A DNA stretch of 54,034 bases from a virus (Duplodnaviria; Caudoviricetes): IMG/VR virus record IMGVR_UViG_3300025387_000022, positions 1-54,034 of that record. One strand, 5' to 3'. A program made the position numbers and the translations under genes. Shown in pieces: positions 53,274 through 54,034 of this stretch (position 1 is its first letter; each line of letters starts with the position of its first letter). The notes below the pieces were generated by a model, which was not told where the DNA came from, searched no databases, and saw only the letters and a program-made list of their open reading frames with translations.

Positions 53274-54034
53274 TTACTTTTTCTTTTTCTCTTCGTCCCT
53301 GTAAGCATTCAAAGCAGGCGCACCAAGACTAACCACCCTACCTGCGACAGATACAGGCTTATAAGGAACGTATGTCGCTAAAGAACCAACCCCTCCTAAA
53401 CCAGAAATAGCTGCCCCAGTAATATCGGGCGGGGTTTGTTCTAACCTATTAGCCATGTCTTGAAAATTTGCAACGCCAAAAGCATTTGCTGTAGGTGATA
53501 ACCTATCAGGAAGTTTATTAATCAGACGCTCTTTCAAAATTTGCATTCTTTGTAAAGGTGTGAGTCTGGAGAGTTTTTTATTTCGTTCTTCGGCAACTTC
53601 TGGCGGTAGCAAAAGCTCTTCTTTGCCTTCTCCAGAAAATTTCATTGAACCTTCACCAATGTCTTTTTGTTTCTGAGCATTTTCGAGATCTTGGGCTATC
53701 AAAAAATGAGCGCCAGTTGGGTTGTCTTTCCTATAATTTGTTGCTGCAGATTGAACAGCGAAAGGAACTCTTTGATTCTGACCTGCTTCAGCTCTTATAT
53801 AATTTAAATTTGCTGATTCACCAGGAAGTTTTGCGCCTGATGCACGAGAAATATCAGCAGGGTTAGTGATAATAGAAGGTTGCGCAGGTGCTATTGTAGG
53901 GGAAACCGTTTGAGCATTCGGAAATCCAGCATTTAATCTGTTTAAAAGCATAGTTCCTACACCTGCTTCAGCCCCTCTAATTAAAGGGCTGGGCTGCGGT
54001 TTCGCCCCAGCTATAGGTGCGTTACCCTCTTTCT
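53274..54034 (-). CDS. 3' part of the origin-spanning putative ejection protein
   Basis: Frame is open through the window end and joins 1-222; C-terminal Gly/Ala hydrophobic segment. Confidence 0.75.
   Translation of the reverse strand, partial: KEGNAPIAGAKPQPSPLIRGAEAGVGTMLLNRLNAGFPNAQTVSPTIAPAQPSIITNPADISRASGAKLPGESANLNYIRAEAGQNQRVPFAVQSAATNYRKDNPTGAHFLIAQDLENAQKQKDIGEGSMKFSGEGKEELLLPPEVAEERNKKLSRLTPLQRMQILKERLINKLPDRLSPTANAFGVANFQDMANRLEQTPPDITGAAISGLGGVGSLATYVPYKPVSVAGRVVSLGAPALNAYRDEEKKKK
53895..54034. repeat. Terminal direct overlap (copy 2)
   Basis: Matches 1-140. Confidence 0.95.

Noticed and set aside
1-54034. tRNA genes, integrase/repressor, alternative genetic code
   Set aside because: No cloverleaf or lysogeny genes recognised by eye; genes are long and tightly packed under the standard code

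Overview
Apparently complete, circularly assembled genome (~53.9 kb; the first 140 nt repeat the last 140 nt with one mismatch) of a tailed dsDNA phage with podovirus-like organisation, probably lytic (no integrase, repressor or RNA polymerase recognised) and probably infecting a Gram-negative host (sigma70-type promoters, GH108 endolysin). The minus strand carries the packaging and virion arm (35689 down to 1, wrapping to 53274): TerS, TerL, a 1147-aa polyvalent protein with an ADP-ribosyltransferase, portal, GroES, scaffold, major capsid, adaptor, tail fibres, an HNH endonuclease, lysis genes, tail tube/nozzle and ejection proteins with an M23 peptidase domain. It also carries a primase-helicase. 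The plus strand (38630-53273) carries early genes each with its own promoter, a thymidine-hypermodification cluster, a family-B DNA polymerase, Sak4/SSB/exonuclease/RuvC-like genes and an array of small ORFs. The most notable observations are: (1) a compact 5-hmdU hypermodification pathway with two aGPT-type enzymes and no recognisable tailoring enzyme; (2) a small-gene cassette array whose junctions are conserved ~22-nt DNA repeats; (3) a [K/A]-x-G-G motif shared by five otherwise unrelated late proteins, including the ART effector and a very His-rich protein; (4) an 18-kb structural block with no GATC found by eye inside an otherwise GATC-rich genome; (5) two classes of repeated promoter/operator motifs; (6) two long RNA stem-loops in leaders; and (7) TonB-box-like repeats in an ejection protein. 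All calls come from visual motif recognition; no searches were run.
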